Below, one piece after another: positions 48,938-58,633 of a stretch of DNA of 64,000 nt. The notes under the pieces were generated by a model. It did no database searches. It was not told the DNA's origin and saw only the letters and a list, made by a program, of their open reading frames with translations. The translations under genes and the position numbers were made by a program. Where the stretch lies: the IMG/VR virus record IMGVR_UViG_3300036852_000742, positions 17,121-81,120 of that record; one strand, 5' to 3'. Each line of letters begins with the position of its first letter. The stretch's first letter is position 1. The stretch is from a virus.

Positions 48938-49135
48938 TCAGGTACGGCTGATCTCGATACCGCCGAGCGTTCGGATAAGACGGAGTAGCTTGTCGTCGCC
49001 GATGTACTCGACGTGCACGATGGGGAACTGGTTAACACCGATGTCGATGACGACGCGGCGGGCCTGGTCCAGGTTGGGGATGATCCCGGCGTCGTGCAGG
49101 GCGGCGAAGGCCTGATCGGGTGTGACGACAGACAA
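48938..49135 (-). CDS. hypothetical protein
   Basis: Short ORF in late operon. Confidence 0.45.
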   Translation of the reverse strand: MSVVTPDQAFAALHDAGIIPNLDQARRVVIDIGVNQFPIVHVEYIGDDKLLRLIRTLGGIEISRT

Positions 49136-49147
49136 CCGGGGGCCCCC

Positions 49148-49681
49148 CTATTCCAGGGACAGTGACAGGAACGGGCCGCGTACCCCAGCGGAGAACCGTT
49201 CGGCGGCGCGCAACGCCACATCGACCCGCGCCGCCGGTGCCATGGTGGTGTCGGTGGCGTACAGGGCGCCGAGGGCGACGTCGGCGCCGCAACCAACAGC
49301 GGCGTACCCGTCGGCGGCTTCCCCGACCTGGTAGTCCGACTCGACTTTGAACAGCCGTCCGGTGACACCGACCAGGAACGTGCCGCCCTCTTCCCGTTCG
49401 GTGTCTTTCTTGGCCCAGCCGCCTTCTTTCAGGCAGTCCCGCAAGGCGTCGATGAACGTGGTGGCCATGTACCGGTCCAGGTCAGCCGCCGGGGTCGGGA
49501 GCTTCAGCGTGTACCGGATGAGCTGGCCCATGCGGAACGAGTCGGTGAACCCGAACAGGTAGTCGCCGACGCGGAACACTTTCGCGTCGGCGCGCACCGT
49601 CATGGACCAGTCGGCTACTCCGGCGGAGTCACCGCCGATGTGCACCGTGCCGTCGCCGACCAAACCAACCACAGCGGTCAC
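49148..49681 (-). CDS. HslV/proteasome-beta-like Ntn hydrolase
   Basis: Thr after Met; GGDSAG...KVF...AVGCGADVALGAL. Confidence 0.75.
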   Translation of the reverse strand: MTAVVGLVGDGTVHIGGDSAGVADWSMTVRADAKVFRVGDYLFGFTDSFRMGQLIRYTLKLPTPAADLDRYMATTFIDALRDCLKEGGWAKKDTEREEGGTFLVGVTGRLFKVESDYQVGEAADGYAAVGCGADVALGALYATDTTMAPAARVDVALRAAERFSAGVRGPFLSLSLE

Positions 49682-49698
49682 AGCAGGCCCCCCGGGTT

Positions 49699-51411
49699 TT
49701 ACGCTGCGGTGGTCTTGGCGCCGGCCGGCTCCGGCTCCTCTTCCTCTTCCTTGTCGTCGTCGGCCATGGGTCCGCCGTCGACCATGGCCGGGTCTTCACC
49801 GTTGGCCAGGGCGTCGGCGGCGGCCTGCCCGGCCCCGCCCAAAGGCGCGGCGGACGGCCACTGGAACACCCCGTCGTCGTCGAGGAGTTCGTCCACGATT
49901 TCGTCGACGTCACGCACACCGAGGGCGATGAGGAGCAGCCGGGCGATGTGCTCGGGTGGGATGACCCCGGTGGCTGAGGCTTTGACGATGGCGTCGACCA
50001 CCACAGCCGGGTCAACATCGTCCAAATCTGGCCAGGAAACGTCGATGGTCGGTTCGGTGTCACCGGCCAACGCCAGGTACTCGCGGCCGGTGTCCGGGTC
50101 GCGGCGCAGCGAGCCCCGCAGTGTGCCTTGCGGGGCCCGGACCGCCTCGGTGATGACGTGGCGCAGGATCCGCTGGTAGGCCGCAGCCCACAGCTCCCGC
50201 CGCTGCGCCATGGCCAGCTCGGTGGGCTGGTCAAGGGTTTCGGCGGTGGCCCGCGCCCCGGTCTGCCCAGGGTCGGACAGCAACATCGTCACCGGCACAT
50301 CCAGCGCGGCGGCGACCATCATCGCCAACGGCCGACCGGAGCCGGCGTCGATGGTGGCGCCCGACTTGGAGATTGCCTCCAATGCCACGTCGGGCGGGAT
50401 GATCGCGGTGCCGCCGGCAGAGTTCGGGGCACCGGTCGCGGCGTCGGTGGTCGGTGCGGTCGTGAGGCGGGTACGGATCGCGGCGGCTTTGTTCCCGGGG
50501 GCGGTGACCCGCCACGTGTACCGGGACAGCGACCGCATCAGCCGCGCCCAGTCCTCCAGGAACTCTTTGTACGCCCGAGCCCAGTCGATGGCGGCGTACG
50601 CGTCGGGCACACCGCGCTGCCACCCTTCAAGGTCGTTGACGCGGATGTGCAGCATGGGTGAGTCCCACGCCACCGGCACCCCGTCAAAAGCCCGGGGCCG
50701 TGACGCGGGCCGGTAGTCCACGCACGGGTACAAACGCTCCATCGCTGTCACGACCTGCCGGCCGTGGGTGTCGTAGGACACCTGCTGCCACACCCGCCGG
50801 TAGTACCAGGGCTCGGACCGGTCCTCAGGGTTCGTGACGATCGTGCTGATCTCGTCGGCGAGGACAACCCGCACCTGCACGGTGCCGGAGCGTGGGCGGG
50901 TGAACAGGGCCACGAACAGTTCCCCGTCGGTGCCCAAACAGCGCTCCAGGCGCTCGCGGGCGCTGGCACCGGTGAACGCCCGCTGGTTGGAGTCGTCGCC
51001 CAGGAAGTCCTGCACGACGGCGTTGACGTCCTGCTCGCCGGGTTCCAGGCGCCGCCCGGTGGCGCGGGCCGCGATCTGCACACCCTGGCCCCACACGTAC
51101 GCCGCCCGCAGCGCCAACCCCCGCTTGATCAGCGGGTTCTTCAGGGCGTACACACGGCAGATGGCCCGGACCTGCACCAGGCCGGGTGCGGAGAACTCCA
51201 GCTCGGCGTGGGCCAGCAGCAACGTCCACCCTGGGTCGGACAGTTGCCGTTCCAGGTCGGAGATCGACTCGGCGAGTAGTTCCCCGTTGCCTTCGGCGAC
51301 CGCCAACTGGTGTTGGGTGGTGTGGATGGCGTGGCGCAGCGCCGGCACCCCGGCTGCTGTCTCCGCAAGGTTGCGCAGGGGGCCCGGCAGGCGCACGGCG
51401 ACCCCCCGCAC
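49699..51411 (-). CDS. portal protein (start approximate)
   Basis: KNPLIKRG..YVWGQG...DGELF...GVPDAYAAIDWARAYKEFL...ATAETLD. Confidence 0.85.
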   Translation of the reverse strand: MRGVAVRLPGPLRNLAETAAGVPALRHAIHTTQHQLAVAEGNGELLAESISDLERQLSDPGWTLLLAHAELEFSAPGLVQVRAICRVYALKNPLIKRGLALRAAYVWGQGVQIAARATGRRLEPGEQDVNAVVQDFLGDDSNQRAFTGASARERLERCLGTDGELFVALFTRPRSGTVQVRVVLADEISTIVTNPEDRSEPWYYRRVWQQVSYDTHGRQVVTAMERLYPCVDYRPASRPRAFDGVPVAWDSPMLHIRVNDLEGWQRGVPDAYAAIDWARAYKEFLEDWARLMRSLSRYTWRVTAPGNKAAAIRTRLTTAPTTDAATGAPNSAGGTAIIPPDVALEAISKSGATIDAGSGRPLAMMVAAALDVPVTMLLSDPGQTGARATAETLDQPTELAMAQRRELWAAAYQRILRHVITEAVRAPQGTLRGSLRRDPDTGREYLALAGDTEPTIDVSWPDLDDVDPAVVVDAIVKASATGVIPPEHIARLLLIALGVRDVDEIVDELLDDDGVFQWPSAAPLGGAGQAAADALANGEDPAMVDGGPMADDDKEEEEEPEPAGAKTTAA

Positions 51412-51415
51412 TCGT

Positions 51416-52981
51416 TCAGTAGGGGGAGATGCTGAAGGCGTTGTCTTCGACGTCCTCAACCGCCTGTTGGGGCGGCGGGGCGGTGGTGGCGGTCAACATG
51501 ATCGCGTCAGCCCGGTCAGGGGAGGGCATGCCCCGCTTGCGCAGGTCGTCTTTCGACTCGATGACGACCTGCCCGCGTGGGGTGAACCGGTACCTGATCG
51601 CCCCGAGCTGGGCGGCGAGTTCGTCATCGTCGGGGTCCAGGTCAACCGCCCCGGCCTCGAACCTTTCCCGCAGCCCCCAGTACCACTCGGCCCGCGCGTT
51701 CAGGAAACGCTCCGGGTCGCCAGCACCAGCACCGGCTTGCATGTCGACAACGTCGTGACCTTCAGCAACGAGCTGGTCCACAACCCCACCACCGACACCG
51801 ACCCCGTCGACACGGATCTCATGTGCGGCGTGGGCCCGTTTCGCAGCGATGACATAGCCGGTGGTGGCTGTGGTGGCCAGCTTCGCGTGGTCGGAGATGA
51901 CCCGGGTGCGGGGCCACTGGGACAAGGCGATGATGGTGCGGTCCGACCCGTAGCGGGCCACGTCGACACCCAACACCTTGTGGTGGCCTGGTTGCAGTTC
52001 ACGTTCCTGCGCGGCCCGGATCATCGACGGGGTGATCAGGACGTCTTCGCCGATGTCGGGGAACAGGCCCCGGACCTTCGCCGTGAAGATTGGTGAGTTG
52101 GCACCCCACCGGTGGATGCGCTCCTCAATCCACAGTGGGGAGATCAGCAGCGAGCGGAGCCGGTCGGGCACCGGTTCGTCGAACGGCTTCAGCCCAAGCT
52201 GGTCGTACAGGGCAGCGACCCGAGGGTGGGACGCAACAGCCTCGCTGGTCATGTTCGGCGACGCCAGGCCGTCGATGCGGATGACGTGCCATCCGGAACC
52301 GGGCTGGCAGATCGTTGAGAAGTGGCTGGCCGGATCGTCCGGGTTCCCGATGGCCAGCACCCGGGCGGCCTCGTTGGTGGCCAGTGCGTCCACGGCATCG
52401 AACAGGGTGCGGGGCACACCGCACGCCTCATCGACGACGATCAACGGAAAGTCGGCGTGGATGCCCTGGAACGCGGCCTGGTCGTAGTCGGCCGGTTTAC
52501 GCCCGTACCCGATCAGCTCCCCGTCGTCGAGCTGCCACGACGGCACGAACCCGCCGCTGATCCGACCCGGCAACCCGGCCAGCTTGTGCGCCCGCCGGAT
52601 CTCCCGCCACAGGATCGCCGAGACCTGCGCTGCGGTGGGTGCGGTGGTGACCGCGAACGCCTGCCCTTGAGGGTGCACCGACAACCACCACGCCACAGCC
52701 CGGGACGCGATGAACGATTTGCCGACGTCGTGGCAGGACTGGACGGCGGTGTACCGGTTGTCCCGCACCGACTCGATGATCTCGCGCTGTTTCGACCACA
52801 GGTGCTCGCCGAGCCGGTCGGTGATCCAGCCCACCGGGTCGGCCCGGTAGGCGGCGTTCACCGTCTCCTCAACGGCGCGCTGCGCCGATGCGACGGCGGC
52901 ATCCTGGACGGCTTTGGTCTGGTACAAGCTATGCAGGACCTGGAGCCGGTCCAGTTTCCGCCTCTGCAACGGTGTCGACAC
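51416..52981 (-). CDS. terL: terminase large subunit
   Basis: SCHDVGKS, IVVDEA, AIGNP, LGVDVARYGSD, SPDRAD. Confidence 0.92.
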   Translation of the reverse strand: MSTPLQRRKLDRLQVLHSLYQTKAVQDAAVASAQRAVEETVNAAYRADPVGWITDRLGEHLWSKQREIIESVRDNRYTAVQSCHDVGKSFIASRAVAWWLSVHPQGQAFAVTTAPTAAQVSAILWREIRRAHKLAGLPGRISGGFVPSWQLDDGELIGYGRKPADYDQAAFQGIHADFPLIVVDEACGVPRTLFDAVDALATNEAARVLAIGNPDDPASHFSTICQPGSGWHVIRIDGLASPNMTSEAVASHPRVAALYDQLGLKPFDEPVPDRLRSLLISPLWIEERIHRWGANSPIFTAKVRGLFPDIGEDVLITPSMIRAAQERELQPGHHKVLGVDVARYGSDRTIIALSQWPRTRVISDHAKLATTATTGYVIAAKRAHAAHEIRVDGVGVGGGVVDQLVAEGHDVVDMQAGAGAGDPERFLNARAEWYWGLRERFEAGAVDLDPDDDELAAQLGAIRYRFTPRGQVVIESKDDLRKRGMPSPDRADAIMLTATTAPPPQQAVEDVEDNAFSISPY

Positions 52982-53393
52982 TGCCGACCTGACCGAGTTC
53001 GGCGGAGAGCCGCTGGATCTCCTGCTCGATTGCGTCAAGGGTGATCACCTCGTAGCGCGTCGGCGCGTCGAGGCCCAAGAGCTTGATCCGCCTGTCGATG
53101 ATTTTCAGTGCGGTGTCGGCCGCGCGGGGGTCACCGGCGAGCGCCGCCGCCCACACCCCAACCTGGAGCCGGTCCAGGCGTTGAAGTTCCTGCTCACGCA
53201 AGGTTTCGGAGTACTGGGCGGTCTCCGCGACGGCAATCTCGTAGGCGCGGGAGATGTCTTTGCACGCGGCGGCCCGGCTGGAGTAGCCGAGGGCATCGGC
53301 GATGCGCTGTAGTTCGGCGCCGGCCAGTTTCATCGCGACGGCCTGGGCGCGGCGGGTGGCGGTCGCGGCGCGCTGGGCCCTGGAAGGGGGCAC
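52929..53393 (-). CDS. terS: terminase small subunit
   Basis: HTH (IADALGYSS), ELQRLD, RRIKLLGLDAP; upstream of terL. Confidence 0.8.
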   Translation of the reverse strand: MPPSRAQRAATATRRAQAVAMKLAGAELQRIADALGYSSRAAACKDISRAYEIAVAETAQYSETLREQELQRLDRLQVGVWAAALAGDPRAADTALKIIDRRIKLLGLDAPTRYEVITLDAIEQEIQRLSAELGQVGSVDTVAEAETGPAPGPA

Positions 53394-53414
53394 GAACCCC
53401 CCCTCGGCGAGCGA

Positions 53415-53720
53415 TCAGGCGAGGTGGATCCGGGTGGTACCGCCGTAGTGGTTGGTGAGCCACTGCTCGTACAGGGCCTGCTCACGTTCGGCGGCGTCCG
53501 CCAGCGCGGTGAAGTACTGCTCCTCGGTGATCACGCCTTTACCGATGAGCAGGAACGCCAGGGCGCTGTGCTCGACCATCGCCGAGTTGACCCCGACCCG
53601 CAGTTGCTTCGGGCTGGTCTCGGCCGGGTCGATGCCCATTTTCGCGGCCACCCCGGACTGGACGGCGTGCATCGCCGCCAGGTACCTGGCGTTGGCGGCG
53701 TGGATCTGGTCGTCGGTCAC
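53415..53720 (-). CDS. hypothetical protein
   Basis: ORF upstream of terS. Confidence 0.6.
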   Translation of the reverse strand: MTDDQIHAANARYLAAMHAVQSGVAAKMGIDPAETSPKQLRVGVNSAMVEHSALAFLLIGKGVITEEQYFTALADAAEREQALYEQWLTNHYGGTTRIHLA

Positions 53721-53738
53721 GGCGGGTTCAACCCGTGG

Positions 53739-53945
53739 TCAGGCGGTCAGGACACGGCGGGCGGCGGTACGGGTCGCGGCCTCGGCGCGGGCCACGTCCA
53801 ACAGCCGGTACAGGGGGTGGCCTTGGGCGGTGTGGTCGGCTGCGCGGAGGTGGCCGCGCGCGACCCATGCGCGGATGGTGACCGGCCGGACCTGGCAGTG
53901 CATGGCCGCGTCGCGGGTGGTCAACAGAGCGTCAAGGTCCCACAC
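53739..53945 (-). CDS. MerR-like HTH protein
   Basis: LLTTRDAA..VRPVTIRAWVARGHL...LYRLLDV; GGAGG RBS. Confidence 0.7.
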   Translation of the reverse strand: MWDLDALLTTRDAAMHCQVRPVTIRAWVARGHLRAADHTAQGHPLYRLLDVARAEAATRTAARRVLTA

Positions 53946-54070
53946 GTTGGCCGCCTCCCCCCGGACACGACAAAACCCCAGCCGCCGAAACGGACTGGGG
54001 TCAATGTGGGCAGACTGCACCTACAGTTCGGGATGCTACGCGCAACACCGCATCCACCGCAATACGGGGC

Positions 54071-54928
54071 TTAACTGGCGGGTCGGGCACGGCGGGGCCG
54101 CTCGGGAAGGTCCTCATACTCGGCGTCGGTGACCAACGTCCCGCAGTTCCGGCACTCGATGTAAGCGGCGTTCGCGTCCCGCCGGTACAGGGCCAGCAGC
54201 TTGCACTGCGCGCACACCTTGTCGTACCAGGTGGGACGCCGGGACACGTTCAGGGCGGCCCGGACGGCGCACACCGCGCTGATCAGTTCGGTGGCGAAGT
54301 CAACGACGGCTGGGTGGTGGTCGCAGGCCCAGTCGACGCGGGCCCGTAGCCACCCGGCCATGAGCGGCACGGTGCGCTGCGGGCCGTACTCCCGCCGGCC
54401 GCGTAGCTCCGCCCAGTCACCGACCCACTCGTCCAGGAACGCGGCAGTGGGTACCGGTCCGACCTGGTCCCCGGCCGGCACCCACACCGGGTCGCCGTTG
54501 CCGTCCCGGGCCAGGCCCCGATGCCACACCACCACGGCAACGTCACCGACGTCGACGGTGGTGGTCCATGAGCGGATGGCGGGGATCAGGGTGTCACGGA
54601 CGGGGCCGGTCGCGGCCGGCCCGATCAGGTTGAGCGCACCCAGGCGGGTTGGGGTGGGGGCCTCACGGCTGCCGGAGACGCGAGCACCCCCGGCGGATCC
54701 GGGGGCCAGGGCGTAGGGCAGGAGCGGTCCCAACTCGGCCAGCTCGGCGAGGTGGGAATGCAGGCGTACCCGGTCGGCGTCGCACACAGCGGGCCGGGCC
54801 GGCCGGAGGCGTTGGCAGATGGCGCACAGCCCGGTGTCGGTGTGGCCGGGGCCGCACCCTCCGGGGGTGCTGCACTCGACGTACCGGGTGGTGTGACAAA
54901 TGCAGTCGCAGACGTACCCCACAGACAT
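54071..54928 (-). CDS. zinc-finger protein, possible late regulator
   Basis: Multiple CxxC pairs; position upstream of packaging genes. Confidence 0.6.
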   Translation of the reverse strand: MSVGYVCDCICHTTRYVECSTPGGCGPGHTDTGLCAICQRLRPARPAVCDADRVRLHSHLAELAELGPLLPYALAPGSAGGARVSGSREAPTPTRLGALNLIGPAATGPVRDTLIPAIRSWTTTVDVGDVAVVVWHRGLARDGNGDPVWVPAGDQVGPVPTAAFLDEWVGDWAELRGRREYGPQRTVPLMAGWLRARVDWACDHHPAVVDFATELISAVCAVRAALNVSRRPTWYDKVCAQCKLLALYRRDANAAYIECRNCGTLVTDAEYEDLPERPRRARPAS

Positions 54929-55015
54929 CCCGTTACCCCCCGTAGCAAGTTAACCACTGTCTGTGGATGGGGGCTGTGGGAATGTCGCGGATGCCCGGAG
55001 TCCAAGCCGATTACC

Positions 55016-55046
55016 TATTGCCCCGCGCGTGCCTTGCGGGTAGTGT
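55016..55046 (+). promoter_or_regulatory. phage consensus promoter (TTGCCC-17bp-TAGTGT)
   Basis: tattgccccgcgcgtgccttgcgggtagtgt. Confidence 0.75.
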
Positions 55047-55782
55047 AGGAGGTGGCAAGGGTTGCTGGGCCCCGGAGACACAAGGAGACGGACATGACAA
55101 CACAGGTCGGCAGCGTTCACCGGTTCGACGGCCAGTCCGACGTCTTCCACGGGGAATACCGCCTGGTGGAAGACCTTGGAAAGGGTCTGTTCGTCGCGGA
55201 GTACGTCGAGCCGTCCGATGCGCTCATCACCGAGGCGGAAGCGTTCTACCTCCATAGCCCGCAGCCGTACCTCGGCTACCACGACCCGTTCGGGCCGGAG
55301 CGCCGCGAGGCCACCCGCCAGGAGGCACTCGACCAGGAAATCGACGACCGCATCGACCGGGCCGGCCGGACGTTCAGGATCCGGTTTGTGTCGCAGGAGG
55401 CCTGGGCCGCCGCGTTCTAAGCCCCCCCTATTGCCCCGCACGACAGGGGGGTGCTGGATCCCCCGCCCAACCTGAGGAGACGGACATGCTTGAGAGCGCT
55501 GCTCGTGTGGTCGGGCGCCGTGAACAGCTCGCGGCCTTCACCACGCCTGGAACGGTCTTCACCTTCGTTGAGGACCTGACAGCCCTCGGCGCCAGGTGGG
55601 CCAACCGGGTGCCCGGCGTCCACTTCATGGTCATCGGGCTCTCCGAGAGTGGCTACACCTTCTCGGCCCTCAATACCTCCACCGGGCACATGGACGACCT
55701 CATGGCCGAGGCGTGGGTCTTCAACGCTGCCCGAATCGTCGGCGGCCCGGCGGCCGGCAACTGACCGCCGTTACAGTTCCGG

Positions 55783-55813
55783 TATTGCCCCGTACGCCAT
55801 GCACGGGTAGTAT
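55783..55813 (+). promoter_or_regulatory. phage consensus promoter (TTGCCC-17bp-TAGTAT)
   Basis: tattgccccgtacgccatgcacgggtagtat. Confidence 0.78.
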
Positions 55814-57258
55814 AGGAGGTGAACAGGGGAGCTGGACCCCGACCCAACACCCGAGGAGCAGACCATGAGCGAGATCGCCGCCACAGCCAAGGCCATGTGG
55901 AAGCACGTAGGCGCCACCCCTGAGCAGATGACGCAGGAGGCCACCAACCCCGCCGACGTGGCAGCCGGTCGGCTCGCCTCCCAGATCATCTACGCGTTCC
56001 GCATGCTGGCCAGCGCGGAGCATGACATGACCGCCGCGATGCACAGCTTGGCGATCGCCGTCGAGCGCGAGCAGGGCAACCTCACCAGCGGGCAGAAGGT
56101 CACCGGCATGTGGATCGCTCAGCACGCCGAGCGGGTCGCCGAGGCCGAGACCAAGATGCAGTCCTGGATCGACCGGATCCAGTCCCTGTCCTACATCCGC
56201 AAAGGCGCCTCGCAATGAGCCTGTTCGCGACCCCCGAAGAGCACGCCGCCAACCCGCCTACCACCTGGGTTGCTGTGAAGGCCGGCCCCCGCTGGTGGAA
56301 CCTTCGCACCAGCTCAGGTGCAGTCCTCGACACGTACCCCACGAAGAAGGCCGCCGAGGCAGCCCGCACGGACAGCTTCTACGCCACCCTGTACGACAGG
56401 GAGACCCGGTGGTACGCCGGTGAACCGGTGGCCGGCTGGAAGCCGTACAACGCACCCAAGAAAGAGGGCTGAGCCATGGCAGGCGCGTACTGCCAGTACT
56501 GCGATCGACGTTGCTTCGTCCTGCGGGTGATGCCGTCCGACGCCACCTGGAACCCCGGGCAGTCCGTGCACCTGGCCACCTGTACCGCAGGTATGGAGCA
56601 CGACCGGGAGCAGTCCGGCTACGACTGCACCACCACGACCAACCCGTCAGCAGGGGCAGCCTCCACACTGCCGCTTCCACCGTCTGTCGTCGACGTCAGC
56701 ACCGAGACTGTCGGCGGCGAGATGCCGCTGCGGTTGTCGTTCCAGGTGCGGGTGTTCTGATGGCGGTCCTGAGCAAGGACGAGGCCCGGCGCGAGCGCGC
56801 CCGCAAGCACGCCAGTCGCAGCGAGCAGTGCGAGTGCGGACGGACCGTGTACGGCAATGGCGGGAAGGTCAGCCACTACCGCCGCTGCCGTGTCTACCTG
56901 GAGAAGTACGGCTGGCCTTTCAACGAGGCCGAGCAAACCGTGGTCCGCCAGGCCGCCCGTGAAGCCACCGCTCACCTGCCGACGGCCGTGCGCGCCGTCG
57001 CATGGCTGCGGGTCTACCGCGAGGCCTGCATCGAGGAAGCGCGGCGCAGGGGGCTGATCACATGAGCCGCGAGCCCGTGGAGCGGGTCGCCGCCACGTTC
57101 CTTGACCAGCTCCTGGTCGAGGCCGGCCTGCGTGGGGCGGACGACGTGCCGAACACCATGGGTCTGGACGGGGCCTGGTTCGACGAGCAGAACACGCCCA
57201 ACAACCAGGTCGGCTGGTCCTTCGACACTGACGCGGCGTGGTGACCGAACCACCCTGG

Positions 57259-57289
57259 TATTGCCCCGCAACGGTCCAACGGGTAAGGT
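57259..57289 (+). promoter_or_regulatory. phage consensus promoter (TTGCCC-17bp-TAAGGT)
   Basis: tattgccccgcaacggtccaacgggtaaggt. Confidence 0.72.
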
Positions 57290-58633
57290 AGACAGTACCA
57301 ACCACAACCGTAAGGGGTCGTCATGGCTACCAGGCTTTCCCACTCCACTGCACATCGCGGCGAGCGCGTGGGCGTCACCCGACGCGATGGGACCCGAGTT
57401 GCCGGCGCCATCCTTGGGTGGGGCAGCAGCGAACTGCGCGTACGCCGGGTCGTTACCGGCGAGTACGTCGTCATCCCGGGCACTGACGTCGATTCCGTCA
57501 TCAGCTTCGACCGCTAGGAGGGCGGCATCGTCCCCACCGTCCACCAACCGGGAGGTAACCATGAGGACCCTCGCTGACTTCCGCCGTGCTGCCGTACCTG
57601 GCAGCCGGTGGGAGTCCACCAACCATCTACACCCGCACGCATCCGGGCTGCGCATCATCACCAAAGCTGGGCCGAAGGTTTTGAGCTACGACGCCACCAA
57701 AGCCGACGGGGCTGTGGTCGACGGGCGGATGGAGATCCCGAAGGCGAACGCGGTCCGCTTCGAGGGCGATTCGGTGCACTTCCTGGACGACGACCTCCAT
57801 CCGTACCCACCCCGGGTCGCGTACACCTGGACACTGCTGCCCGGGGTAGGCGGCACAGACCCGCTCGCGTTCGAAATCGACCAGACCAAGGTCGACGCGC
57901 CCAACTTCCCCCGCGACCTGTCCTGGTGGGCCAAGTTCGTCCCGATGTGGGTCGACGTCACAGAGGCCGAGGGCGGCGTCATCCGACTGACGGTCGACTC
58001 CCAAGCCAGAGCCGGGGCGCTCGACCGGTGGCTCGCGACTTGCGGCGGCGGGCGACTCGCACAGGCGTACCAGCCCGCGCCCCGACTGGCCAGCGTGGGC
58101 TCGTGCGCCGAGGGGGAAGCGTGAACACCGACAGCCCGGCGTACCGCGCCGCGATGGACCGCAATGCCGCCGCCGCGACCGACGCAATCACCAACCAGGC
58201 CCGCAGGCTGGGCCACCTCGACTCGGCCGAGGCGATCCACCGGCTGAGCCTGGCCCTGCAAGGCAGCCGGATGCCTCGCGATCAGCTGGCCGCCGTCCTG
58301 GCTGCCTTGGCTGTGCACACCGTGCGTGCTGACCAGCACGCCGCCTTCCTGCAACCCCCGACGACCACGGGCCCCGCAAGCGTGTGGAAAGCCATCCGAG
58401 CCCGGCTGCGGTACAAGCCGTGAGGACTGTGCCGCCACGGGTGATGCCTCCGACTAGCTTCTCCCAGCCCGGGATACCGCCGTGGGCGCACGTCCTGTAC
58501 TTCCTGCTGGGGTTCTGTACCTGCGGCGCCGGGTGGAGTGTGTGGGCTGTGCACTGGTGGGCAACCCGGTCCCGCCGGAGGTTCCCAACGTCCGGCGGTT
58601 ACAGGATGTAGGGGCCCAAGCTCCGGCCGCTGT

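Larger units (their letters stand above)
55094..58611 (+). other. cluster of ~11 small early hypothetical genes (55094-55420, 55486-55764, 55865-56218, 56215-56472, 56476-56760, 56760-57065, 57062-57244, 57323-57517, 57561-58124, 58121-58423, 58420-58611)
   Basis: RBSs, start/stop overlaps, three consensus promoters. Confidence 0.6.
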
